A stretch of 64,000 nucleotides of DNA, from sequence record CP109674.1; one strand, given 5' to 3'. The stretch's first letter is position 1. Every line of letters begins with the position of its first letter. Origin of the DNA: a plasmid. Position numbers and translations under genes: made by a program. Positions 50,867 to 61,899 of the stretch are shown here, piece by piece. The notes under the pieces were generated by a model. It searched no databases, had not been told where the DNA came from, and saw only the letters and a list, made by a program, of their open reading frames with translations.

Positions 50867-51670
50867 TTGAATCGAACTAATATTTTTTTTGGTGAATCGC
50901 ATTCTGACTGGTTGCCTGTCAGAGGCGGAGAATCTGGTGATTTTGTTTTTCGACGTGGTGACGGGCATGCCTTCGCGAAAATCGCACCTGCTTCCCGCCG
51001 CGGTGAGCTCGCTGGAGAGCGTGACCGCCTCATTTGGCTCAAAGGTCGAGGTGTGGCTTGCCCCGAGGTGATCAACTGGCAGGAGGAACAGGAGGGTGCA
51101 TGCTTGGTGATAACGGCAATTCCGGGAGTACCGGCGGCTGATCTGTCTGGAGCGGATTTGCTCAAAGCGTGGCCGTCAATGGGGCAGCAACTTGGCGCTG
51201 TTCACAGCCTATCGGTTGATCAATGTCCGTTTGAGCGCAGGCTGTCGCGAATGTTCGGACGCGCCGTTGATGTGGTGTCCCGCAATGCCGTCAATCCCGA
51301 CTTCTTACCGGACGAGGACAAGAGTACGCCGCAGCTCGATCTTTTGGCTCGTGTCGAACGAGAGCTACCGGTGCGGCTCGACCAAGAGCGCACCGATATG
51401 GTTGTTTGCCATGGTGATCCCTGCATGCCGAACTTCATGGTGGACCCTAAAACTCTTCAATGCACGGGTCTGATCGACCTTGGGCGGCTCGGAACAGCAG
51501 ATCGCTATGCCGATTTGGCACTCATGATTGCTAACGCCGAAGAGAACTGGGCAGCGCCAGATGAAGCAGAGCGCGCCTTCGCTGTCCTATTCAATGTATT
51601 GGGGATCGAAGCCCCCGACCGCGAACGCCTTGCCTTCTATCTGCGATTGGACCCTCTGACTTGGGGTTGA
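50867..51670 (+). CDS. strA: Aminoglycoside phosphotransferase APH(3'')-Ib (StrA), TTG start
   Basis: 267-aa ORF beginning LNRTNIFFGESHSDWLPVRGGESGDFVFRRGDGHAFAKIAP… and ending …RLDPLTWG. Confidence 0.9.
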   Translation: MNRTNIFFGESHSDWLPVRGGESGDFVFRRGDGHAFAKIAPASRRGELAGERDRLIWLKGRGVACPEVINWQEEQEGACLVITAIPGVPAADLSGADLLKAWPSMGQQLGAVHSLSVDQCPFERRLSRMFGRAVDVVSRNAVNPDFLPDEDKSTPQLDLLARVERELPVRLDQERTDMVVCHGDPCMPNFMVDPKTLQCTGLIDLGRLGTADRYADLALMIANAEENWAAPDEAERAFAVLFNVLGIEAPDRERLAFYLRLDPLTWG

Positions 51671-52506
51671 TGTTCATGCCGCCTGTTTTTCCTGCTCATT
51701 GGCACGTTTCGCAACCTGTTCTCATTGCGGACACCTTTTCCAGCCTCGTTTGGAAAGTTTCATTGCCAGACGGGACTCCTGCAATCGTCAAGGGATTGAA
51801 ACCTATAGAAGACATTGCTGATGAACTGCGCGGGGCCGACTATCTGGTATGGCGCAATGGGAGGGGAGCAGTCCGGTTGCTCGGTCGTGAGAACAATCTG
51901 ATGTTGCTCGAATATGCCGGGGAGCGAATGCTCTCTCACATCGTTGCCGAGCACGGCGACTACCAGGCGACCGAAATTGCAGCGGAACTAATGGCGAAGC
52001 TGTATGCCGCATCTGAGGAACCCCTGCCTTCTGCCCTTCTCCCGATCCGGGATCGCTTTGCAGCTTTGTTTCAGCGGGCGCGCGATGATCAAAACGCAGG
52101 TTGTCAAACTGACTACGTCCACGCGGCGATTATAGCCGATCAAATGATGAGCAATGCCTCGGAACTGCGTGGGCTACATGGCGATCTGCATCATGAAAAC
52201 ATCATGTTCTCCAGTCGCGGCTGGCTGGTGATAGATCCCGTCGGTCTGGTCGGTGAAGTGGGCTTTGGCGCCGCCAATATGTTCTACGATCCGGCTGACA
52301 GAGACGACCTTTGTCTCGATCCTAGACGCATTGCACAGATGGCGGACGCATTCTCTCGTGCGCTGGACGTCGATCCGCGTCGCCTGCTCGACCAGGCGTA
52401 CGCTTATGGGTGCCTTTCCGCAGCTTGGAACGCGGATGGAGAAGAGGAGCAACGCGATCTAGCTATCGCGGCCGCGATCAAGCAGGTGCGACAGACGTCA
52501 TACTAG
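51670..52506 (+). CDS. strB: Aminoglycoside phosphotransferase APH(6)-Id (StrB)
   Basis: 278-aa ORF beginning MFMPPVFPAHWHVSQPVLIADTFSSLVWKVSLPDGTPAIVKGLKPIED…. It overlaps the strA stop. Confidence 0.9.
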   Translation: MFMPPVFPAHWHVSQPVLIADTFSSLVWKVSLPDGTPAIVKGLKPIEDIADELRGADYLVWRNGRGAVRLLGRENNLMLLEYAGERMLSHIVAEHGDYQATEIAAELMAKLYAASEEPLPSALLPIRDRFAALFQRARDDQNAGCQTDYVHAAIIADQMMSNASELRGLHGDLHHENIMFSSRGWLVIDPVGLVGEVGFGAANMFYDPADRDDLCLDPRRIAQMADAFSRALDVDPRRLLDQAYAYGCLSAAWNADGEEEQRDLAIAAAIKQVRQTSY

Positions 52507-52686
52507 ATATCAAGCGACTTCTCCTATCCCCTGGGAACACATCAATCTTACCGGAGAATATCGTTGGCCAAAGCCTTAGCGTAGGATTTCGCCCTCTCCC
52601 GCAAACGACCCCTAAAAGCCGTTTCCTCTGTATAAAAGATCAGCTAAATTATGTGTATTGCACAATACATATATGTGAGGTTAGCA

Positions 52687-53478
52687 GTGAATTTGCCTAC
52701 GCCCGAAACCTACGATGAACTTCAGAGAGCCTACGATTTTTTCAATGAGAAGCTATTCAGCAACGAGCTGCCGCCATGCCTGATAACGTTGCAGCGTGAG
52801 AAGCGAACGTATGGCTATTGTTCCTTTAAGCGTTTCGTCGGCCGTGAGAGTGGGTACACGGTAGACGAGATCGCTATGAATCCGGTGTATTTCTCGATCA
52901 GAACCATAAAGGCCACGCTTTCAACACTGGTGCATGAGATGGTTCATCAGTGGCAATTCCATTTTGGCGAGCCTGGCCGCCGTGGCTATCACAACAAACA
53001 GTGGGCGGCCCGGATGGAACGGGTAGGACTAATGCCTTCTGATACCGGCGAACCGGGAGGCAGGAAAGTGGGCCAGAGCATGACCCATTATATTATTGCC
53101 GGTGGCCCTTTCGATATGGCCTGTGATGAACTGCTGACAGGCCATTTCCAGCTTTCCTGGATGGACAGGTTTCCGCCTTACCAGCCTAAGCCTGGCGCTG
53201 TGCTAAGCCCTACAGGAAAAGGCTATATTGACGACGAGGAAGATGATAGCGAACACGAACAGGAGGTGGAGGAAGGGCGCGACCCGGTTGAACTCGACGA
53301 CGAGATCATAGAGGCCATGCGATTTGTAACCCCACCGCCTGAAGCACCGGTGAACAAAACAAACCGGGAAAAGTACAGCTGCCCGGTGTGTCATATCAAT
53401 CTCTGGGGTAAACCGGGGATAGTGGTTTACTGTGGTGGCGAGCACTGTAATAAAGCCGCGTTAGTAGTCTTAAAATAA
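52687..53478 (+). CDS. SprT-like zinc metalloprotease with C-terminal Cys-rich zinc ribbon
   Basis: HEMVHQWQ (HExxH) motif and a C-terminal CPVCH…CGGEHC motif. The GTG start at 52687 is preceded by a GAGG Shine-Dalgarno sequence. The alternative ATG at 52651 has no Shine-Dalgarno sequence. Confidence 0.55.
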   Translation: MNLPTPETYDELQRAYDFFNEKLFSNELPPCLITLQREKRTYGYCSFKRFVGRESGYTVDEIAMNPVYFSIRTIKATLSTLVHEMVHQWQFHFGEPGRRGYHNKQWAARMERVGLMPSDTGEPGGRKVGQSMTHYIIAGGPFDMACDELLTGHFQLSWMDRFPPYQPKPGAVLSPTGKGYIDDEEDDSEHEQEVEEGRDPVELDDEIIEAMRFVTPPPEAPVNKTNREKYSCPVCHINLWGKPGIVVYCGGEHCNKAALVVLK

Positions 53479-53492
53479 AGTCCTTTCGGACT

Positions 53493-53834
53493 TTATTTTT
53501 TTTCCATTTCCGAGGTCGTGATGTTATTAATGCTGTACTTCGCGGCTTCTTTTAAAACAGTTTCAGCAAGGCTTGCTGGTATCCAGACCTGAACTAATTT
53601 TAATGGTTCGCCGTTCTCGGCTTTAAGAGTGGTGTTCTGGTACAAATCCCAGATTCGCTTAACGGTGCTGGAAATGTTTTGCTTGGAACGGCCTACTCGC
53701 GTGGCTACGTCTGATGATTTCTCACCTTTGACAAGCACGGAATAGCCAATATCTGTTGTGATGTGTGCAAAGGAAGCCATTTGCGGCAGCAGCTGTTTCC
53801 ATTCTGTTTCTGAAATTCTGTTTTTCTGAGCCAT
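53493..53834 (-). CDS. Small HTH DNA-binding regulator (plasmid TrfB/KorA-like?)
   Basis: 113-aa ORF preceded by a GGAGG Shine-Dalgarno sequence. It has a predicted HTH (…RVGRSKQNISSTVKRIWDL…) and is convergent with the SprT-like gene. Confidence 0.45.
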   Translation of the reverse strand: MAQKNRISETEWKQLLPQMASFAHITTDIGYSVLVKGEKSSDVATRVGRSKQNISSTVKRIWDLYQNTTLKAENGEPLKLVQVWIPASLAETVLKEAAKYSINNITTSEMEKK

Positions 53835-54237
53835 CTGTGGCGCCTCCGTAGTTTTGGTTACAGAAAGGATATACTCAGAATAAACAGGGGTCAATACAAG
53901 TACGATTTTTATAAACTTTATTTTATTTGAGGGTGAGGCCCGGTGCGGCAGCAGCGCGGGCCTCGATGGTGCCGCGAAGGTGCTGGCGCCATGCTCGGAT
54001 TAAAACATGAACCGTGAAGAACTGCGAAACTTGTTTTCGCGGTTCTGAGGGGTTGACCGAGCCGCGAAGCGGCGCTGGTAAGCGATGATATGCACATATC
54101 CACAGGCATATTTTTAAAAGGTATTTTATAGATTTTTTATCTTTTTAAAGTCTTTTAGAGCTATATAACTAATTGATTTAAAATCATAAATAAGTGTTAT
54201 CTCTGGGAATCCGCCCACCTTGTTATGGGAATTGGCC

Positions 54238-55057
54238 GGCACTGTTGCAAAGTTAGCGATGAGGCAGCCTTTTGTCTTATTCAAAGGCCTTACATTTCAA
54301 AAACTCTGCTTACCAGGCGCATTTCGCCCAGGGGATCACCATAATAAAATGCTGAGGCCTGGCCTTTGCGTAGTGCACGCATCACCTCAATACCTTTGAT
54401 GGTGGCGTAAGCCGTCTTCATGGATTTAAATCCCAGCGTGGCGCCGATTATCCGTTTCAGTTTGCCATGATCGCATTCAATCACGTTGTTCCGGTACTTA
54501 ATCTGTCGGTGTTCAACGTCAGACGGGCACCGGCCTTCGCGTTTGAGCAGAGCAAGCGCGCGACCATAGGCGGGCGCTTTATCCGTGTTGATGAATCGCG
54601 GGATCTGCCACTTCTTCACGTTGTTGAGGATTTTACCCAGAAACCGGTATGCAGCTTTGCTGTTACGACGGGAGGAGAGATAAAAATCGACAGTGCGGCC
54701 CCGGCTGTCGACGGCCCGGTACAGATACGCCCAGCGGCCATTGACCTTCACGTAGGTTTCATCCATGTGCCACGGGCAAAGATCGGAAGGGTTACGCCAG
54801 TACCAGCGCAGCCGTTTTTCCATTTCAGGCGCATAACGCTGAACCCAGCGGTAAATCGTGGAGTGATCGACATTCACTCCGCGTTCAGCCAGCATCTCCT
54901 GCAGCTCACGGTAACTGATGCCGTATTTGCAGTACCAGCGTACGGCCCACAGAATGATGTCACGCTGAAAATGCCGGCCTTTGAATGGGTTCATGTGCAG
55001 CTCCATCAGCAAAAGGGGATGATAAGTTTATCACCACCGACTATTTGCAACAGTGCC
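54238..55057 (-). mobile_element. tnp26: IS26 copy 5; tnp26 CDS 54290-54994
   Basis: IRs and an identical Tnp26. Confidence 0.95.
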
Positions 55058-55159
55058 TCTACTCTTGCCACAGGTTTACGAGTAGGTGATTTGGGAGGAA
55101 GCGTCTTAGCCTTTGAAGTTGGCGCGAAGGAGAGAATGGCACTCCGTGCAACGCATTAA

Positions 55160-55636
55160 TTACCGCGGATATCCGCCATCACCTACTTGCGCCTGTGTGT
55201 ACCATTTCATCAGCTCTGCAGTTCCCGGCTCGTTTTCGGCGGGGGCCCATGGGGCGGCATCTTGATCAGCAACAGGCTGGTACCTACCGTGTTTTACCTC
55301 AAAAATAACGCCGCCTTCATCCAGTGACAATACGGTATGCCAGGTGCCTGCATCCATCTCCAGCACTTTACAGTCCTCACCTAACACGACGCGCTGGGTC
55401 AGGTTACCCAGGTCATCAAAGTTCAATACCAAAAAGCGACCGGTAAGGGATGTCAGCAGTTCAAAAGTATGCGGGTGGCGATGAGGGCGAACATAAGTTC
55501 CCGGTTCCATAGCAATAGCCAGACGCTGCACCGGGTCGCTCAATTCAGGGTGGAAATTATGATGGGCACGTAAGCGGGGGGAATTTGCGGCTTGTGCGCT
55601 TTGCTTGCGTAGGTCGTTGAAAGTAAGTTGTTTCAT
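55160..55636 (-). CDS. wbuC: Cupin-fold metalloprotein WbuC
   Basis: 158-aa cupin ORF immediately downstream of mcr-9, as in described mcr-9 loci. Confidence 0.8.
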   Translation of the reverse strand: MKQLTFNDLRKQSAQAANSPRLRAHHNFHPELSDPVQRLAIAMEPGTYVRPHRHPHTFELLTSLTGRFLVLNFDDLGNLTQRVVLGEDCKVLEMDAGTWHTVLSLDEGGVIFEVKHGRYQPVADQDAAPWAPAENEPGTAELMKWYTQAQVGDGGYPR

Positions 55637-55712
55637 ATTATAAGCCTTATTGCATTCTTGCAGCTTACGGCAACCAGGTTGCCGTAAGGCTTTTTGTTAT
55701 ACTAACAATCGA

Positions 55713-57332
55713 TTAGCCACGGCATTCGCGGAACAAATCGCGGTCAGGATTATAGACGCTGGTGCTTACGTCCCACAGCCCCAAAATCGATGAGAACAGG
55801 TTGTCGTGGGAATATGATTTTTTCGCCGCATTATTTTCAAGGCAAGACATGTTGATGTGTTTCCCGGCGATAAAGCCCGGTGACATCCAGACCTGCATCG
55901 GAATATGCGTCTGCTGATCCGGTGCCAGTTTGTACGGCGTGCCGTGCAGATATAGCCCGCTTTCGCCCAATGATTCACCATGATCGGACACATAAAGCAG
56001 CACGGTGTTGTACTGATCGCTGTAATTTTTTAGCTTTTCAATCATCTCAGCTAATACATAGTCTGTATAACGAAGGGTGTTGTCGTAGGTGTTGACCAAT
56101 TGTTCCTGAGTACAGTTTTCGATATCGCTACGTGCACATTCGGGCATGAAGTGGCGATGCTCAGCCGGATAACGCAGGTAATAAGTCGGTCCATGGCTGC
56201 CAATGATATGGAAGGCGACAAGCTTATCACCTGGCATTTTGGCGATTTCATCATCAAGGTTTTCCAGCATCACCTCGTCATGGCACGTTTTGCCATCGCA
56301 CAGTTTCGGGTTATCACTAGGCTTAATTTCGACAGTCGGGATGCGGCTACATACGCCTTTACAACCGCCATCGTTCTCTTTCCATAACAGCGAGACACCG
56401 GTTTTCTGCACGATGTCGAGGAAATTTTCACTGTTAGATGCTTTTTTACTGTCGTACTCGGTGCGATTCATATTCGAGAACATGCACGGAACGGATATTG
56501 CGGTAGCGGTACCGCAGGAATGCATATTTTTAAACGAAATAACGCCGCCGGATTTGCTGGTAAAGGCATTGGTATCACGCGAATAACCGTTCATCGAGAA
56601 ATTCTGGCTGCGTGCCGTTTCGCCAATCACCAGGAACATCAGCGTGGGTTTTTCGTGAGCGACGACGCGTTTAGCATCATTCCCCAGCGTCTGGAAAGGC
56701 ACTTTAGTCGTAAAGTACGTATCCTTAACATACTGGAAAGTGCTGTAAGCGTAGTTCGCCGGGATGATCTCTTTATTCAATGTCGAGTTATTGCGGCCGA
56801 CAGAGGCATAATCCTGATAATAAAGTGCGGCAACACCTGCAATCAAACTCAACGATGCCAGCACGGAGAGCAAACGGTAAGCAATGCCTTTATACCATTT
56901 TTCAGGATATTGAATTTTTATTGAAAAAAGGAGGATGGCAGGAAGGATACCGGTAAAGACGAACCATATAATAATTGAGCCATTAAGATAGGAATGCGCT
57001 TCCTGGGGGTTAGTTTCAATAATGTTTTGAATCATCGTTTGATCAAACATTACTTTATATTTTAGTGTCGAATAACTGACCAGTGAGCCAGTGATAAACA
57101 GTAAAGCAAAGAAAGGTTTCAGCAGAAAACGAACTGAGAAAGGCATAAAAACAACGTTAAGCGCCGCAACCAGAACAAAGGGAATAGAAATGACAAAACC
57201 AATTTTGACATGCTCTAAATGCGACAAAATCTCGTAAAAATGCAGCAATATTGGCCAGTTAAGTAAAAACGCAAAGATCATTGCCAGAAGTAAAACCAGC
57301 GGAATAACTTTCACCCTGAAAAGTACAGGCAT
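55713..57332 (-). CDS. mcr-9: Phosphoethanolamine-lipid A transferase MCR-9 (colistin resistance determinant)
   Basis: 539-aa ORF beginning MPVLFRVKVIPLVLLLAMIFAFLLNWPILLHFYEILSHLEH…. It has five N-terminal TM helices and a periplasmic sulfatase-like domain, and sits in the IS903B/wbuC context. Confidence 0.9.
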   Translation of the reverse strand: MPVLFRVKVIPLVLLLAMIFAFLLNWPILLHFYEILSHLEHVKIGFVISIPFVLVAALNVVFMPFSVRFLLKPFFALLFITGSLVSYSTLKYKVMFDQTMIQNIIETNPQEAHSYLNGSIIIWFVFTGILPAILLFSIKIQYPEKWYKGIAYRLLSVLASLSLIAGVAALYYQDYASVGRNNSTLNKEIIPANYAYSTFQYVKDTYFTTKVPFQTLGNDAKRVVAHEKPTLMFLVIGETARSQNFSMNGYSRDTNAFTSKSGGVISFKNMHSCGTATAISVPCMFSNMNRTEYDSKKASNSENFLDIVQKTGVSLLWKENDGGCKGVCSRIPTVEIKPSDNPKLCDGKTCHDEVMLENLDDEIAKMPGDKLVAFHIIGSHGPTYYLRYPAEHRHFMPECARSDIENCTQEQLVNTYDNTLRYTDYVLAEMIEKLKNYSDQYNTVLLYVSDHGESLGESGLYLHGTPYKLAPDQQTHIPMQVWMSPGFIAGKHINMSCLENNAAKKSYSHDNLFSSILGLWDVSTSVYNPDRDLFRECRG

Positions 57333-57464
57333 TAACACCTCCGGAAAATAGTAAACCAGTAAAAACATTGATGATAATTACAACAATTCAATCTAATATT
57401 ATGATTGCCTTATTCGCTGCAAAGCAGAGATTATCATTCTGAAATCTTAGGTTAACCTTAACGA

Positions 57465-58521
57465 GGCTTTGTTGAATAAATCAGATTTCGGGTAAGTCTC
57501 CCCCGTAGCGGGTTGTGTTTTCAGGCAATACGCACGCTTTCAGGCATACCTGCTTTCGTCATTTTGTTCAGCGCTCGTACCAGGGCCATAGCCTCCGCAA
57601 CCTGACCATCGTAGTCACGCAGCGTCAGTGAACCCCCGAACAGCTGTTTTACCCGGTACATCGCCGTTTCCGCTATCGAGCGACGGTTGTAATCTGTTGT
57701 CCATTTCCACCGCGCATTACTCCCGGTCATTCGCTGATTAGCCACTGCACGGTTACGGTCTGCATATTCACCGGGCCAGTAACCCGCACCTTTTCGGGGA
57801 GGGATAAGCGCGCTGATTTTCTTATGCCGCAGTTCATCGTGACATAGCCGGGTATCGTAAGCGCCATCGGCGGCGGCTGACCTGATTTTCCGGTGGGTTT
57901 GCCGGATTAACCCGGGGAAGGCCTCTGAGTCCGTAACGTTGTTCAGCGACAGGTCAGCGCAGATGATTTCATGTGTTTTACTGTCAACGGCGAGATGCAG
58001 CTTACGCCAGATACGGCGGCGTTCCTGGCCATGCTTTTTGACTTTCCACTCGCCTTCACCGAAGACCTTCAGCCCGGTGGAATCAATTACCAGGTGTGCG
58101 ATTTCACCCCGGGTGGGCGTTTTGAAACTGACATTAACCGACTTTGCCCGCCTGCTGACACAGCTGTAATCCGGGCAGCGTAGCGGAACGTTCATCAGAG
58201 AAAAAATGGAATCAATAAAGCCCTGCGCAGCGCGCAGGGTCAGCCTGAATACGCGTTTAATGACCAGCACAGTCGTGATGGCAAGGTCAGAATAGCGCTG
58301 AGGTCTGCCTCGTGAAGAAGGCGCTGCCGACTCATACCAGGCCTGAATAGCTTCATCATCCAGCCAGAAAGTTATGGAGCCACGGTTGATGAGGGCTTTA
58401 TTGTAGGTGGGCCAGTTGGTGATTTTGAACTTTTGCTTTGCCACGGAACGGTCTGCGTTGTCGGGAAGATGCGTGATCTGATCCTTCAACTCAGCAAAAG
58501 TTCGATTTATTCAACAAAGCC
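57465..58521 (-). mobile_element. IS903B-group IS5-family element (1057 bp); tnp CDS 57521-58489
   Basis: 18-bp IRs GGCTTTGTTGAATAAATC at both ends. The 322-aa DDE transposase begins MKDQITHLPDNADRSVAKQKFKITNWPTYNKA…. Confidence 0.9.
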
Positions 58522-59874
58522 GCGGTGATGCTTACGGTATGGTGGTTATCAAGTTTTATCCTGATTAGCACCCTTAATGGCTATTTCGATAATCAGGACC
58601 GCGATTTTCTGACAGGTAAACTTCAGCTCACCGAAGAGTTTCTTAAAACAGAGACGTTCCGGAACAAAACGGATATTAAGTCATTATCAGAAAAAATAAA
58701 CGATGCGATGGTAGGGCACAATGGTTTATTCATTTCTATAAAAAACATGGAAAATGAAAAAATTGTTGAACTCTATGCCAAAAATTCTGTTGTTCCAGCG
58801 GTCCTGCTTAATAAGTCGGGTGATATTCTCGACTATATGATCCAGACGGAAGAAAATAACACCGTGTACCGCAGTATCTCGCGGCGGGTTGCCGTGACGC
58901 CGGAACAGGGTAAAAGCAAACATGTCATCATTACGGTTGCCACGGATACTGGGTATCACACCCTGTTTATGGATAAGCTCAGTACCTGGCTGTTCTGGTT
59001 CAATATCGGTCTGGTCTTTATTTCTGTTTTTCTGGGCTGGCTGACCACACGTATTGGTCTGAAACCGCTACGGGAAATGACCAGTCTGGCTTCCTCCATG
59101 ACCGTACACAGCCTGGATCAGCGTCTTAATCCCGATTTGGCTCCGCCGGAAATTTCTGAGACCATGCAGGAGTTCAATAACATGTTCGATCGCCTGGAGG
59201 GGTCATTCCGGAAACTGTCAGATTTCTCGTCTGACATCGCGCATGAGCTGCGCACAGCGGTCAGTAATCTGATGATGCAGACGCAGTTTGCACTGGCTAA
59301 GGAAAGGGATGTTTCGCATTACCGCGAAATCTTATTCGCTTACCTGGAAGAACTGAAAAGGTTGTCACGAATGACCAGTGATATGCTTTTTCTGGCACGT
59401 TCAGAGCATGGTCTGCTGCAGCTGGATAAACATGATGTGGATCTGGCCGCCGAACTGAATGAATTACGTGAGCTGTTCGAGCCTCTGGCAGACGAAACAG
59501 GAAAGACAATCACCGTTGAAGGAGAGGGCGTTGTTGCCGGAGACAGCGATATGCTGCGACGTGCTTTCAGTAACCTGCTTTCCAATGCAATCAAGTATTC
59601 TCCCGATAACACCTGTACAGCGATACACCTTGAGCGTGACAGTGACTGTGTGAACGTGATGATTACGAATACGATGTCCGGCCAGGTTCCCGCTAATCTG
59701 GAACGTTTGTTTGATCGGTTCTATCGAGCTGATTCATCAAGGGTCCACAACACGGAAGGCGCGGGGCTGGGATTATCAATTACAAGGTCGATCATTCATG
59801 CTCATGGCGGCGAGCTGTCAGCAGAACAGCAGGGGCGGGAAATTGTGTTCAGTGTGCGCCTGTTAATGGATTAA
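58522..59874 (+). pseudogene. pcoS: Copper sensor histidine kinase PcoS, 5'-truncated by IS903B
   Basis: HAMP, H-box (…SDIAHELRTAV…) and HATPase_c domains. The N-terminal codons derive from the IS903 end. Confidence 0.75.
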
Positions 59875-60091
59875 TCCCGTTCTTCAGGAGAAACCTGGAA
59901 GGTGACAAAATTGTCATCATTCAGTCACGCGATAAACAGAGGCGGTTTTTTATAATCATACATAAATCAGGAGCAGAGTGATAACGCAATCGCCTGGTTC
60001 CTGGAGTGATGAATAACCCGCCCTGAGATCAAATGCTTTCTCTGTTATAAGCCGTTGATTGTTTGGGTATGAAAACACCGGAGACCCAACC

Positions 60092-60526
60092 ATGAAAAAG
60101 ATCCTTGTATCATTTGTTGCCATTATGGCTGTCGCTTCATCCGCCATGGCTGCAGAGACAATGAACATGCATGACCAGGTAAATAATGCCCAGGCACCCG
60201 CCCATCAGATGCAGTCAACCTCTGAAAAAAGCGCTGTTCAGGGAGACAGTATGACAATGATGGATATGAGCGGACACGATCAGGCTGCAATGTCCCATGA
60301 AATGATGCAAAACGGCAACGCTTCTGCCCACCAGGACATGGCGGAGATGCATAAAAAAATGATGAAAGGCAAACCAGGGGCCACCAACGAATCAGCAACG
60401 TCATTTTCAGAAATGAACGAGCATGAAAAAGCCGCTGTTGTGCACGAGAAGGCGAATAATGGTCAGTCTTCCGTTATTCATCAGCAGCAGGCTGAAAAGC
60501 ATCGCAGCCAGATCACCCAGAATTAA
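60092..60526 (+). CDS. pcoE: Periplasmic copper-binding protein PcoE
   Basis: 144-aa ORF with a signal peptide, rich in Met and His (MxxM and HxxM motifs). Confidence 0.8.
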   Translation: MKKILVSFVAIMAVASSAMAAETMNMHDQVNNAQAPAHQMQSTSEKSAVQGDSMTMMDMSGHDQAAMSHEMMQNGNASAHQDMAEMHKKMMKGKPGATNESATSFSEMNEHEKAAVVHEKANNGQSSVIHQQQAEKHRSQITQN

Positions 60527-60783
60527 CCCGCAGCTCCACTTGTTAGACCCTCATTTGACGCCGAAGTCACTGGCTTACGCTCCCGTCCGGGAGCGTTTTT
60601 TTTATTCTTTCATTTATCATTGAGTCTTATGGGAATGGATTTAATCAGTTACTTAATCCCTGCCTCAGCAACAAGTCCCGGAAAGAGCAGCTTTATATTC
60701 CGGGTTTTTCTGCTCATAACCTCAACGGTGGCGCTTAGGATGTACTTTGTAAGTACCCAGAGTGTGTGTCATCAGTACCGGTG

Positions 60784-61899
60784 TTAATGCACCAGCCCAT
60801 TCCAGCCATGTATACCCATGTAAATCCCAACAGCAGCAATCAGGGCGCTTGAAATATAGGGGGCTCTTCTGGCGATGGTATTGAAGCCACTCCAGCGTTT
60901 GGCGACCTGACGAACGCTGATCGCCGCACCCACTCCAACCGTTACGAGGGTCAATGCCAGGCCGATACTGAAACAAACAACCAGTGTGGCACCCAGCGTA
61001 AGCGCTTTAAGCTGAAGGCAGATCAACAATACAGTTATAGCTGCCGGGCAAGGGATAAGCCCTCCTGTCAGTCCAAATATCAGGATTTGCCCGTTGGTTA
61101 CTTCTTTCCCGTCGAAGCGGCGTTTTATGTCATTGGCATGAGCCAGTTCGTGAGCGTCCTGATACTCTTTCGAATTCACATCCAGCCCATCAAGCTCAGA
61201 GTGGTCATGGTCATGGTCGTGTTCAGCGAACGCCACATCATAGTCATGGACATGACCACGATGTCCCAGAGACAGACGTACGTTGAAACTGTGAGGCTCA
61301 GGGATGGGAGATGTTGACTCCAGATAATCACCATGATCAACAAATTCAAAAGTCTGAGAGATCGTACTGTTTTCCCGAAGTGTGGTTAATGAGATATCTT
61401 CAGAAGCCCATCTTTGGCCACTAAGAGTGCGTAGCCGCCAGTGGGGAAGTTGTCCTTCTTCAAAAATGGACAGTTCAACTTTTCCATGGCCAGTATCGAT
61501 CAACCTTGTTTCGTCATGGTGATGATGTTCATTCTCCTGCATTCCCTCCAGCCAGTTTTTCTCACCGCTCCAGGTTCGCCAGAACATCCAAAAAGCCGTA
61601 CCAAGGATGATCACTGAAGAGACCATCTGTAGCCAGGGTTCGGCTGATTCTGCGGTAAATTTATTACTGATATACATCCCTCCAAAAGCAATCAGCCATA
61701 CGACTGCAGTGTGCGACAATGTTGCCGCGACACCCAGCATCACGGCCTGACGTACGGTGCCTTTTATAGCAATGATGAATGCTGCCATCATTGTTTTGGA
61801 GTGCCCGGGCTCCAGTCCATGAAGCGCGCCAAGCAGAATGGCGCTGGGGATGAAAAACCATGCGTTGCCTTGCTGAAGAAGTGTCGTAAATTCGTTCAT
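60784..61899 (-). CDS. rcnA: Nickel/cobalt efflux protein RcnA
   Basis: N-terminus MNEFTTLLQQGNAWFFIPSAILLGALHGLEPGHSKT…, with a His-rich loop (HHHHDE… HDHDHDH). Confidence 0.85.
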   Translation of the reverse strand: MNEFTTLLQQGNAWFFIPSAILLGALHGLEPGHSKTMMAAFIIAIKGTVRQAVMLGVAATLSHTAVVWLIAFGGMYISNKFTAESAEPWLQMVSSVIILGTAFWMFWRTWSGEKNWLEGMQENEHHHHDETRLIDTGHGKVELSIFEEGQLPHWRLRTLSGQRWASEDISLTTLRENSTISQTFEFVDHGDYLESTSPIPEPHSFNVRLSLGHRGHVHDYDVAFAEHDHDHDHSELDGLDVNSKEYQDAHELAHANDIKRRFDGKEVTNGQILIFGLTGGLIPCPAAITVLLICLQLKALTLGATLVVCFSIGLALTLVTVGVGAAISVRQVAKRWSGFNTIARRAPYISSALIAAVGIYMGIHGWNGLVH

